Assembly (NCBI GenBank): GCA_964548435.1
Contig: CAZJRG010000001.1
Span: 152-64,151 of the forward strand
Origin: an uncultured Sulfurimonas sp.
GTDB taxonomy: Bacteria; Campylobacterota; Campylobacteria; Campylobacterales; Sulfurimonadaceae
Length of the DNA stretch: 64,000 nucleotides
Direction of reading: 5' to 3'
In this document: piece by piece, positions 10,065 to 18,947 of the stretch
Layout: each line of letters opens with the position of its first letter
Position numbering within the stretch: position 1 is the first letter of the stretch
Notes under the pieces: model-generated
What the model was told of the DNA's origin: nothing
The model's database searches: none
Seen by the model: only the letters and a program-made list of their open reading frames with translations
Program-made: the position numbers and the translations under genes

Positions 10065-11014
10065 CCAAGGACAACCTTGTTACGTCCCGTCTCTTTTGCC
10101 TTATAAAGCACCGCATCAGCACGTTTGACAAGCATCTTATCTTCATCACCCTTTTCATACTGCACAAGTCCAATACTTACAGTTATAGGGGTGATGCCTT
10201 TGCTTGATTCGACCATCTCTCTGAGTTTTTGTGCCAAAATATATGCTTTATCTTTGGTTGTTAGCGGAAGCAAAATTGCAAACTCTTCACCTCCAATGCG
10301 TGCAAACACATCCCCATCTCTGAGACTGTTTTTAATGAGATTGCTAAAATCAATGAGCACTTTATCTCCTACATCGTGTCCAAATCTATCATTGATTTTT
10401 TTAAAGAAGTCTATATCTAAAAGCATAAGTGAAAAAGGGGTGTTGTAGCGTTCACTCAGCGTTATATGCTCACTGAGTTTTTGATCAAAAAATCTTCTAT
10501 TGCCCACATTTGTGAGTGCGTCATTGAGCGTGAGCAGCATGAGTGCTTTTTTGGCTTTGACCTGCTCTGAGATATCAGTGAGAATCACCGCACTCACACC
10601 TCTTGCAATGTCAATCTCCGAGGCAGAGACCAAAAAGTAGTAGAGCTCGCCCTCTATATTTATTTTTGCTTTGTGTTTTGTATTTTCGTGATTAATGAGA
10701 TACTGCACCCACTGCCCATAATCATCCATAGCCTCTAAATACTCATCCTCTTTTTCAAAAAAGTCACAAATACATCTGTGTTTTTTGGAGAACTCTTCGA
10801 GTGTGGTAAAAGCTCTGAAGTAGCGGAAAAAAGTTCTATTAACCTCTAAAATTCCTTTGGGTCCTATAAGCATGACAATATTTGTCGAGTTGTCTATTAC
10901 TCTTTTGTAGTATTTTTTTTGGTGTGTGTACTCTTTATAGAGCAGATAAAGCACCACAGCTCCAAAAGCAAGTGCTAGAAAAAAGTAAATGTCTATCTCA
11001 AACGCAACTTGCAT
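10061..11014 (-). CDS. Membrane-anchored diguanylate cyclase (PAS-like sensor + GGDEF)
   Basis: N-terminal TM helix. C-terminal GGDEF domain with RIGGEEFAILL, DIDFFKKINDRFGH and an RADAVLYKAK..GRN end. Confidence 0.9.
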   Translation of the reverse strand: MQVAFEIDIYFFLALAFGAVVLYLLYKEYTHQKKYYKRVIDNSTNIVMLIGPKGILEVNRTFFRYFRAFTTLEEFSKKHRCICDFFEKEDEYLEAMDDYGQWVQYLINHENTKHKAKINIEGELYYFLVSASEIDIARGVSAVILTDISEQVKAKKALMLLTLNDALTNVGNRRFFDQKLSEHITLSERYNTPFSLMLLDIDFFKKINDRFGHDVGDKVLIDFSNLIKNSLRDGDVFARIGGEEFAILLPLTTKDKAYILAQKLREMVESSKGITPITVSIGLVQYEKGDEDKMLVKRADAVLYKAKETGRNKVVLG

Positions 11015-11567
11015 CTCTATCCTTTACGAAGTTTTGCAGTACCTCAACACAAAGCCCCATCGCTGTGCTCTCATACCCTCTTACCTCTTTGATATAGGGC
11101 TTACAAAATCCCTCTACCATACATGCACCCGCCTTGCCGCGCCACTCACCACTTGCCAAATAGCACTCTAGATCTTCTAAATCAAATGGATTAAAAATAT
11201 AATCCGTCTGCGAAATATCGACTATTTTTCGATTTTTACTCTCATAAATCATCGCAGTAATGATACTTGTCATACTTGCACTCTGTGTAAGTAAAATATT
11301 ACGAGCATCACTCTCGCTCTTTGCCTTACGCAGTATCTGATTTTGACTACTCACGACTGTATCAGCCACAAGCAGAGGCATATCTTCACAGCCAAACGCA
11401 GCTCTGTTTGCGTTATATTTTCCTAAAGTTGCTTGGTAAACAAAGTTTTTTGCAGATGTGGCAATGATGCTATCCTCATCGAACCCTACACTCTCTTGCA
11501 CAAATGCGATACCTGCATTTTGTAGCAGAAGTGCACGAGTCTCTGAGGCAGAAGCGAGTCGTAACAC
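10998..11567 (-). CDS. maf: Maf-like nucleoside triphosphate pyrophosphatase
   Basis: 189 aa. LASASETRALLL N-terminus and overall Maf-like length and pattern. GTG start. 17-nt overlap with the GGDEF gene. Confidence 0.75.
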   Translation of the reverse strand: MLRLASASETRALLLQNAGIAFVQESVGFDEDSIIATSAKNFVYQATLGKYNANRAAFGCEDMPLLVADTVVSSQNQILRKAKSESDARNILLTQSASMTSIITAMIYESKNRKIVDISQTDYIFNPFDLEDLECYLASGEWRGKAGACMVEGFCKPYIKEVRGYESTAMGLCVEVLQNFVKDRDASCV

Positions 11568-11568
11568 T

Positions 11569-12051
11569 TTAGAGTCCGCTTGAGAGAAGTGATCCCAAAA
11601 AGATGGCTATTGTGCCCAGAATGATATTAAGCGGGACCATATATTTTCCAATCATCTCAAGAGAGAGTTTCGCACCCACCATATCGCCAGCTTCTAAAAA
11701 CTTCACTGCACGGTTGCGTCTGCGTATCATCAAAAAGAGATTGATAGCCATAATGCTCCAGATGGCCTCTTTAGCATGTGCAAGTGGAGCAAACTCACTC
11801 TGTGAAAGTGCATACCCTTTTATCATGATAACCGCCGTCACAAGCAAAATAACAACAAAAGGAACCACAATAGTAAAGAGCCCTTTGAGTGCTAACGCGA
11901 TATGCTCTAAACGCTTCGCAGGAGACTCAATGCGAACAAATGAAGGGTGTGCTGCAAAACGCATTGCGATCATCCCTCCTACCCAAACTACTGCCGAAAA
12001 GACATGAAAAAAGATGATAACACTCTTATACTCTGCAAAAAACTCAGCCAT
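11569..12051 (-). CDS. Integral membrane protein, 4 TM (CopD/HemJ-like topology), function unknown
   Basis: 160 aa with four hydrophobic segments. FFHVFSAVVWVGGMIAM first helix with a conserved-looking His/Trp. Translationally coupled to alaS (TAATG overlap at 12051). Confidence 0.6.
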   Translation of the reverse strand: MAEFFAEYKSVIIFFHVFSAVVWVGGMIAMRFAAHPSFVRIESPAKRLEHIALALKGLFTIVVPFVVILLVTAVIMIKGYALSQSEFAPLAHAKEAIWSIMAINLFLMIRRRNRAVKFLEAGDMVGAKLSLEMIGKYMVPLNIILGTIAIFLGSLLSSGL

Positions 12052-14603
12052 TATGAAAGCACTCCTTTTATGTAACTCAGTGAAGCCTCTAGTGCCTCTG
12101 CAAGTTTTGAGGCATCTTTTCCGCCCGCTTGAGCAAAATCTGGACGCCCGCCACCGCCGCCGCCTAAAATAGGAGCGATATTTTTAATCCACTCACCCGC
12201 TTTGGCGTCTGCATTTTTCACGCCACACGCGATGAGCACCTTATCATCTTTGACTTGAAAAAGCATCGCGCAGAGTTTTTCATTCTCATTTTTGAGTGCA
12301 TCAATTTTCTCTTTGATATCACCCGATGGATACTCTGCTACAACGACACTCACACCCTCAATCACTTGAAGATCTATCTCTACTTTGAGGGACTCTTGCG
12401 CATTTTTAAGTTCAGACTTAAGCTCTGTAATCTGCGTTTTGAGTCTGTGAATCCCCGCTAACACATCAAGGTTTTTCACCTCTGCTTGTGCCTCTTGTAG
12501 CAGTGCTCTTTGCTGCGCAAAATATCTATACGCTGCGTTTCCACACACCGCCTCAATACGTCGCACACCCGCTGAAACGCCAGACTCCTTGGTGATGATA
12601 AATGAGCCGATATTTGCGGTGTTGCTTACATGCACGCCTCCGCAAAACTCTATAGAAGCATCCGCAAAACTTACCACTCTCACCTCATCGCCATACTTCT
12701 CGCCAAACTGACTCTTTGCACCTGATTTTTTAGCATCTTCTATACCAAGCACCTGCGTTTGTGCTGGAATGGAGCGCATAATTTCATTATTGACGCGCTG
12801 CTCTATCTCTTGGAGCTCCTCTTGGCTGAGTGCTTTTGGATGTGAAAAGTCAAAACGCAGTCTTGTTGCTTCATTGAGTGAACCTGCTTGCGAAATATGA
12901 TCGCCTAAAACATCATAAAGCACTGCATGTAAGAGGTGTGTTGCGGAGTGGTGCTTGATGATCTCGCTTCGTGAACTATCGACCTTGGCGTTTACAACTA
13001 TACCTACTCTGAGCTCTTGTATCAGCTCAATCTCAACGAGTGAGAGCCCAAAAAACTTCTTGGTATCGAGCACTTTTGCAAACCCTTCAAGCTCACCACA
13101 GTCACCAGTTTGTCCACCACTTTCGGCATAAAATGGGGTTACATCTAAAAGTGCCCACCCCTTGCTTTCTGCACTCAAAACATCTGCATGCTTAAAAGAT
13201 GCATCTAGGAGTGCTTGTACTTTTGAGCTGTGTTCAACAAAATCATAGCCGACAAATCTGTTCTCGCCAAACTTCTCTAAAAGCTCTTTAAAGTCTCCTG
13301 CGACCGCCTCGTCACCACTCCCTTTCCAAGCTGCTTTTGCTGAGCTTCTCTGCTCTTGCATCAGCTCTTCAAACTTTGCATGATCGAGTGTGATATTGTG
13401 CGATTTGAGCATATCTTCCGTAAGGTCAAGTGGAAACCCAAAAGTATCGTAGAGCTTAAACGCCACCTCTCCGCTAAAGACCTCTTTTGTGCAAGCGAGC
13501 TCCTCTTCAAAAAGAGCAATCCCACGCTCGATCGTTTTGAAAAATCTCGCCTCTTCAAGCTCTATCTGCTCTTTGACCGCATCAGCTTTTGTCTCTAAGT
13601 AGTTGTACTCTTTGCCCATAATGCCTACAACAGTATCGACAAGTTTGAACATAAAAGGCTCACGAAATCCAAGAAGGTATCCATGACGAACTGCACGACG
13701 CAAAATTCTACGAAGCACATAGCCGCGCCCTTCGTTGGAGAAGTTTGTCCCCTGTGCTAAAAGAAAAAGAGCCGTTCTAATGTGGTCGGCGATAACACGA
13801 TAAGAAGCACCACTCGCATAGAGATACTCTTTGCCTATCATCTCTTCGACTTTGCCAATGATTGGCATAAAGAGAGATGAACCGTAGTTTGAGAGGGCTC
13901 CCTCTTTGATAGCGACCACACGCTCTAGCCCCATACCTGTATCTATGGAAGGCTGTGCCAGAGGTATGCGCTCACCCCCTGCCACTTTGACCTCATACTG
14001 CATAAAGACAAGGTTCCAGATCTCTAAAAATCTATCGCCATCGCCACCCATTTTATCTTCAGGACCACTAAAGTGCTCTGCCCCTTGATCATAAAATATC
14101 TCAGAACATGGACCACACGGACCTGTGTCACCCATGGACCAGAAGTTGTCCGCATCACCCAAACGCATGATACGATCAGCGCTTACATGCTTTTTCCAGA
14201 GCTCTTCAGCCTCATCATCACTCTCATGCACCGTGACCCAAAGCTTCTCTTTTGGAAACTTTAAAACCTCTGTGACAAACTCCCAAGCATAGGCAATCGC
14301 CTCCTCTTTAAAATAGTCTCCAAAAGAGAAGTTTCCAAGCATCTCAAAAAATGTATGGTGACGAGCCGTGTGCCCTACATTTTCAAGGTCGTTATGTTTT
14401 CCACCTGCTCTAAGACATGTCTGACAAGAAGTGGCACGTGGATTTGCTGGAGTTGGCACTTCGCCTGTAAAGATGGATTTAAACGGGACCATTCCTGCAT
14501 TATTGAAAAGGAGTGTCGCATCCTCTGGGACTAAAGGAGCTGATGCAACTCTTTGGTGGTTTTTTGACTCGAAAAATTTTAAATATTCTTCTCTGATATC
14601 CAT
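12051..14603 (-). CDS. alaS: Alanine--tRNA ligase
   Basis: [28 protein letters not shown], editing-domain HSATHLLH, and C-terminal DHHA1 with [15 protein letters not shown]. Start set at [11 protein letters not shown] (ATG 14603). The track's 22-codon extension contains the likely -10 box. Confidence 0.95.
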   Translation of the reverse strand: MDIREEYLKFFESKNHQRVASAPLVPEDATLLFNNAGMVPFKSIFTGEVPTPANPRATSCQTCLRAGGKHNDLENVGHTARHHTFFEMLGNFSFGDYFKEEAIAYAWEFVTEVLKFPKEKLWVTVHESDDEAEELWKKHVSADRIMRLGDADNFWSMGDTGPCGPCSEIFYDQGAEHFSGPEDKMGGDGDRFLEIWNLVFMQYEVKVAGGERIPLAQPSIDTGMGLERVVAIKEGALSNYGSSLFMPIIGKVEEMIGKEYLYASGASYRVIADHIRTALFLLAQGTNFSNEGRGYVLRRILRRAVRHGYLLGFREPFMFKLVDTVVGIMGKEYNYLETKADAVKEQIELEEARFFKTIERGIALFEEELACTKEVFSGEVAFKLYDTFGFPLDLTEDMLKSHNITLDHAKFEELMQEQRSSAKAAWKGSGDEAVAGDFKELLEKFGENRFVGYDFVEHSSKVQALLDASFKHADVLSAESKGWALLDVTPFYAESGGQTGDCGELEGFAKVLDTKKFFGLSLVEIELIQELRVGIVVNAKVDSSRSEIIKHHSATHLLHAVLYDVLGDHISQAGSLNEATRLRFDFSHPKALSQEELQEIEQRVNNEIMRSIPAQTQVLGIEDAKKSGAKSQFGEKYGDEVRVVSFADASIEFCGGVHVSNTANIGSFIITKESGVSAGVRRIEAVCGNAAYRYFAQQRALLQEAQAEVKNLDVLAGIHRLKTQITELKSELKNAQESLKVEIDLQVIEGVSVVVAEYPSGDIKEKIDALKNENEKLCAMLFQVKDDKVLIACGVKNADAKAGEWIKNIAPILGGGGGGRPDFAQAGGKDASKLAEALEASLSYIKGVLS

Positions 14604-14636
14604 AATATTATGCTCTTTATTGTAAAAAATTGCGCG

Positions 14637-14642
14637 ATTATA
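14637..14642 (-). promoter_or_regulatory. TATAAT -10 box (minus strand) for alaS
   Basis: Top strand ATTATA = TATAAT on the minus strand, 33 nt upstream of ATG 14603. Confidence 0.3.
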
Positions 14643-14690
14643 GCGAAAAAATACTTTATCACTTCTCATTTGTTACTAGGAAAATAGAGG

Positions 14691-14696
14691 TATAAT
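14691..14696 (+). promoter_or_regulatory. TATAAT -10 box for tex
   Basis: gagGTATAATtcc, 17 nt upstream of ATG 14714. This implies a very short leader. Confidence 0.3.
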
Positions 14697-14713
14697 TCCC
14701 AAAAAGTAGCCCA

Positions 14714-16810
14714 ATGAACAATCTTATAGCACTTCTCTCACACAAAACGCAGCTCAAAAAAGAGCACATCGTAAACATCTTAAAACTCCTTGATGAGGGT
14801 TCTACCATTCCCTTCATTGCTCGCTATCGCAAAGAGCTCACAGGGGGAGCAGATGATGAAACGCTGCGTGATTTTGAGGAGGTGTATCTCTCTTCGAGGC
14901 GACTTTTGGAGCGAAAAGAGGAGATCTCTCGGCTTATCGCTGAGCGCTCCACTCTCACACCAGAACTCACAAACGCTATAAACGCAGCACAAACCTTGCA
15001 GCTTTTAGAAGACATCTACCGCCCTTTTAAGGAGAAAAAAAACAGCCGCGCAAGCGAGGCAATCTCCAAAGGATTAACACCGCTGGCGGATCTCTTACAA
15101 AAAGCAGAGCTTACAGAAGAGGCATTTTTAATTGAGGCAAAAAAATACCTCTCAAACGCAGTGCCGACTCTTGCCGAGGCAGTGCAAGGCGCGCAAGACA
15201 TCTTGGCAGAACATTATGCCCAAGAGCCTCGTGAGCGCGAAGCGATTCGCAATGCTATGCTTCGTCACGGAGAGCTCACCCTCAAAAAATCAAAAGAGTT
15301 TAAAGAGGGTGGCGTTTACGCGAAGTTTATAGAGAAGAGTGAAAAAGTGGCGTTTATACCCTCACATCGTTACCTTGCCATCATGCGCGGGGTGAGTGAA
15401 AAAGAGCTCAGCGTCAAAATAGTCATAGAGCAAGAGCGCTTTATAGAAAATATACAAAAGTACAAGATTCCCCGCCATGCCAAAAGCTCTTCAAAACTAC
15501 TCTTAGAGGCTTATGTAGATGGACTCAAACGGCTCTTGCTCCCTTCGCTTGAGAGAGAGGTGCATGCCACCTTAAAAGAGCGTGCCGATGCCGAATCCAT
15601 CAACACTTTTGGGAAAAATCTCTCTCAGTTACTCCTCGCACCACCACTTCACAAACGCACCATTTTAGGTGTAGATCCTGCGTTTGTCAGCGGATGCAAG
15701 CTTGCTCTCATAGATGAAAACGGAGCCTATGTGACGCATGACGTCATCTACCCGACTGAACCCAGATGTGATTATGAGGGGGCGAAGAAAAAAGTGCAAA
15801 AACTGCTGCAAAACTACCAGATAAACGCTGTTGCCATCGGCAATGGAACCGCTTCAAGGGAGACCTGTGAGTTTTTTGCACAGCTAAACGCAGAGGGACT
15901 CAAACTCCCCTACACGGTAGTCAGCGAAGCGGGAGCCTCGGTCTATAGTGCTTCTAAAATAGCAAGCGAGGAGTACCCAACGCTTGACGTCACCATCCGC
16001 GGCGCCATCTCCATAGCCCAAAGGCTTCGCGACCCTATGGCAGCCCTTGTAAAAATCGATCCAAAATCTTTGGGCATCGGGCAGTACCAACACGATGTAG
16101 ACCAAAAACTGCTGACAAAAAAACTTGACGACGTCACCACCGACCTTGTCAATCGTGTGGGAGTTGACATCAACTCCGCCTCAGCCTCTCTACTCTCTTA
16201 TGTCGCAGGAGTAAGTAAAAGTGTGGCAAAAAACATCATAGAGTATCGCCAAACGCATGGAGTCTTTACAAGCAAAGCTCAACTCCTTCAAGTCAAAGGT
16301 GTAGGAGCCAAGCTCTATGAGCAAGCCGCGGGATTTATACGCATCAAAGATGCCAAAAATCTCCTTGACAATACCGGAGTGCATCCAGAGAGTTATGAGG
16401 TCGCTACAAAACTTCTGCAATCAGACCTTAACTTAGTAGACATAAAGAGAGATGCGCAAAGATTTGGAGTAGGAGAGGCGACCTTGGGGGACATCATAAA
16501 AGAGCTTCAAAAACCAGGCTTCGACCCTAGAGAGGAGCTTCCAGCTATTCCTTTTAAAGAGGGAGTTTTGAGCATAACTTCACTAGAAATCGGAAGCAGA
16601 GTCTCAGGAGTAGTGCGAAACATTACCGATTTTGGGGCATTTGTAGACATAGGGCTTAAAAATGACGGACTCATTCACATCTCAAAGATGAGCACCAAAC
16701 ACATCAAACACCCGCTTGAAGTGCTGAGTCTTGGAGAGTATCTTCCAAACATAGAGGTCATCGCTATAGAAAAAGAGAAGGGTAAAGTGAGTCTCTCTTT
16801 GCTCTTTTAG
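14714..16810 (+). CDS. tex: Tex-like transcription accessory protein (YqgF/HhH/S1 domains)
   Basis: IPFIARYRKELTGG, YqgF-like ILGVDPAFVSGCKLALIDENG, HhH region, and C-terminal S1 domain GSRVSGVVRNITDFGAFVDIG..GLIHISKMS. Confidence 0.9.
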   Translation: MNNLIALLSHKTQLKKEHIVNILKLLDEGSTIPFIARYRKELTGGADDETLRDFEEVYLSSRRLLERKEEISRLIAERSTLTPELTNAINAAQTLQLLEDIYRPFKEKKNSRASEAISKGLTPLADLLQKAELTEEAFLIEAKKYLSNAVPTLAEAVQGAQDILAEHYAQEPREREAIRNAMLRHGELTLKKSKEFKEGGVYAKFIEKSEKVAFIPSHRYLAIMRGVSEKELSVKIVIEQERFIENIQKYKIPRHAKSSSKLLLEAYVDGLKRLLLPSLEREVHATLKERADAESINTFGKNLSQLLLAPPLHKRTILGVDPAFVSGCKLALIDENGAYVTHDVIYPTEPRCDYEGAKKKVQKLLQNYQINAVAIGNGTASRETCEFFAQLNAEGLKLPYTVVSEAGASVYSASKIASEEYPTLDVTIRGAISIAQRLRDPMAALVKIDPKSLGIGQYQHDVDQKLLTKKLDDVTTDLVNRVGVDINSASASLLSYVAGVSKSVAKNIIEYRQTHGVFTSKAQLLQVKGVGAKLYEQAAGFIRIKDAKNLLDNTGVHPESYEVATKLLQSDLNLVDIKRDAQRFGVGEATLGDIIKELQKPGFDPREELPAIPFKEGVLSITSLEIGSRVSGVVRNITDFGAFVDIGLKNDGLIHISKMSTKHIKHPLEVLSLGEYLPNIEVIAIEKEKGKVSLSLLF

Positions 16811-16837
16811 TATTTAAAAAAGAGAAAAAATTTATTA

Positions 16838-17173
16838 TCAGAGTAAACTATTCTCTTTTAAAATATCTAAAATGACTCTCTCGTCAATATTTTTTAGTTC
16901 ACTCTTTGAATAGATACTCATAAGGTAGAGGTTATTTTCTTTGTCTATAAAATAATAGATGACTCTAAAACCACCGCTTTTTCCAGTTAAATTCGAGCTG
17001 TTTGCGACTCTTATCTTGTAGCATCCATTCCCAAGTTCAATTCCCGATTTTGGGTTTTGATACAACTCATCTTTTAATGATTTAAGATCACTTGGAAGCT
17101 GCTTATATTTTTTAAAAAGCCTCTTAACATCTTTTTCAAAACTTTTAAGTGTCTTAATCTCTAAGTTCATCAA
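16838..17173 (-). CDS. Type II toxin, RelE/ParE superfamily
   Basis: 111 aa. F.KD.KRL....Q...L....L..NP..G..LG.G.YKIRV......GKSGGFRVIYY pattern typical of RelE/HigB-like mRNA interferases. Overlaps the upstream small RHH gene. Confidence 0.8.
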   Translation of the reverse strand: MMNLEIKTLKSFEKDVKRLFKKYKQLPSDLKSLKDELYQNPKSGIELGNGCYKIRVANSSNLTGKSGGFRVIYYFIDKENNLYLMSIYSKSELKNIDERVILDILKENSLL

Positions 17174-17426
17174 TTAACTCATCAAGCGACTTCATAGAAG
17201 CACTATCTTTCTTCTCGAGTGATCTCTTTAACTCCTTAGCCGCAGCATCAAAATCACTGTAAAACAGATTCGCTTTTTGCTCATTCAAGTATGATGTAAT
17301 CGCTTCAATAATGACATCTGTTCGGTTAATCGAAAACTGTTGCGTCAAAGCATCAATCTCTTCAACCAAATATTTTGGTAATCGCAGACCGACTTGTTGC
17401 TTTTCTAATTGAGAAATTGAGTGCAT
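17154..17426 (-). CDS. Ribbon-helix-helix (CopG-like) antitoxin
   Basis: 90 aa. VGLRLPKYLVEEIDALTQQFSINRTDVIIEAITSYL fits a beta-alpha-alpha RHH N-terminus. Acidic C-terminal tail. 20-nt overlap with the toxin gene. Confidence 0.75.
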   Translation of the reverse strand: MHSISQLEKQQVGLRLPKYLVEEIDALTQQFSINRTDVIIEAITSYLNEQKANLFYSDFDAAAKELKRSLEKKDSASMKSLDELIDELRD

Positions 17427-17460
17427 ACCAAACTCCTTGTAAAAATTTGTTTTTCAATTG

Positions 17461-17476
17461 TATATAAAATTATATA
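17461..17476. promoter_or_regulatory. Inverted repeat TATATAA-AA-TTATATA in the toxin-antitoxin promoter region (candidate operator)
   Basis: 7-bp arms, located 35-50 nt upstream of the antitoxin ATG and overlapping TATAAT-like sequence on the minus strand. AT-only, so the evidence is weak. Confidence 0.25.
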
Positions 17477-17504
17477 TCAATATCAAAAAATAGTTGACAA
17501 AAGC

Positions 17505-18920
17505 TTAGCAGAGTATCACACTCTTTATCTCTGTCATCTCTTCAATGGCAAAACGCGGGCCTTCGCGTCCTACACCGCTGAGTTTTACACCCCCATAAGG
17601 CTGAATGTCAAAACGCAGGGTTGGCATATCGTTGATGACTATTCCGCCCGCATCAAGCTCGCTAATGGCACGCTGCGTTAAACGCAGGTCGTTTGTGAAG
17701 AGTGAAAACTGGAGTCCGTAGGGAGAGTTGTTCATGCGCGGCAACGCGTCATCAAAGCTCTCTACTTTTACAAGGCTCACTATCGGGGCAAAAACCTCTT
17801 CGCAGACAATTGCCATATCGTCGGTAACATTTGCCATGACACAGGGGTGAAACATTCTCCCCTCGCGCTTAGGTTCTAAAAGTGCTACAGCCCCCTCTTC
17901 TATGGCAGACTCTACCCACCCCATGGCACGCTCAGCTGCGGCATCATCGATGAGTGGTCCCATGAAAGTATCATCCTCATAGGGTGAGCCGACTTTGAGC
18001 TTACGCGTCTCCTCTGCCATCTTCTGGGCAAATACATCGTAAATCTCTGCGTTGACATAGATGCGTTGTAGCGAGATGCAGACCTGACCGGAGTTTACAA
18101 ATGCACCCAAGGCACAACGAGCCGCAGCAAGGTCTAAATCCGCACTCTTGTCTATGTAGGTCGCTGCGTTTCCGCCAAGCTCAAGGCTCACTTTTTTGAT
18201 GCCAGCACTCTTGGTGATGATCTTTCCAACAGGAACACTTCCCGTAAAAGAGATGACACGGGGAATATCTGAAGTGATAAGCGCACTTCCAACCTCTGCA
18301 TCGCCATAGACAACACTCAGTGCATCTTTGATGGCAAACTCGCTCTCTACAAAAAGCTTCGCAAACTTGTAAGCAGTAAGCGGTGCTTCAGGTGTCGGCT
18401 TGAGCACTACTGCATTTCCTGCGACAAGAGCGGGAGCGAGTTTGTGCGCTATTAAGTTAAGTGGAAAGTTAAAAGGGGTGATGGCAACCACCACACCAGC
18501 AGGCTCACGCATAAAAAACGCCGTCGTCTTTTTGCCACTCGCCATCGCGTCGGTGTTGATGGTCTCGCCATGCATGGTGCGCATCGTCTCAGCCGAGAGT
18601 GTGAGCGTCTCGATACAGCGCTCTACCTCAATGCGTGCATAAGTGATGGGTTTTCCTACCTCATCGGTGAGTGTTTTTGCTATATCTTCTTTGTTTTCTC
18701 GCAGCTTTTTTGCCACATCAAGCATCCATGCGCAGCGCTGAGAGAGGGTAGAAGCTTTTGCTGCTTTAGTGGCGCCTTGAGCGATTTTTAGAGCCTCTTT
18801 TGCATCCTCAGCGGTGCATATTGGAGCAGTTGAGACGACCTCAAGCGAATATGGACTTCTTCTGTGGCTTAGCGCCTCACGACTCTGCTCTTTTGAGCCA
18901 AAAAATATCTTTGCTTGCAT
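17505..18920 (-). CDS. NAD(P)+-dependent aldehyde dehydrogenase
   Basis: 471 aa. FTGSVPVGK, VSLELGGNA and FVNSGQVCISLQRIYV (catalytic Cys) blocks. Substrate not assignable by eye. Confidence 0.9.
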   Translation of the reverse strand: MQAKIFFGSKEQSREALSHRRSPYSLEVVSTAPICTAEDAKEALKIAQGATKAAKASTLSQRCAWMLDVAKKLRENKEDIAKTLTDEVGKPITYARIEVERCIETLTLSAETMRTMHGETINTDAMASGKKTTAFFMREPAGVVVAITPFNFPLNLIAHKLAPALVAGNAVVLKPTPEAPLTAYKFAKLFVESEFAIKDALSVVYGDAEVGSALITSDIPRVISFTGSVPVGKIITKSAGIKKVSLELGGNAATYIDKSADLDLAAARCALGAFVNSGQVCISLQRIYVNAEIYDVFAQKMAEETRKLKVGSPYEDDTFMGPLIDDAAAERAMGWVESAIEEGAVALLEPKREGRMFHPCVMANVTDDMAIVCEEVFAPIVSLVKVESFDDALPRMNNSPYGLQFSLFTNDLRLTQRAISELDAGGIVINDMPTLRFDIQPYGGVKLSGVGREGPRFAIEEMTEIKSVILC

Positions 18921-18947
18921 AGAATTCTCCCTAAAAAATAGCCAAAA

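Noticed and set aside
14604-14669. N-terminal extensions in the ORF track (alaS 14669, helicase 5419, Lys-rich protein 5433, accD 53213, OMP 24667, ftsH-like 44149)
   Set aside because: In each case an internal start has a better RBS and/or the extension contains the probable -10 box, and the extension adds non-conserved residues ahead of the recognisable protein N-terminus. I therefore used the shorter coordinates.
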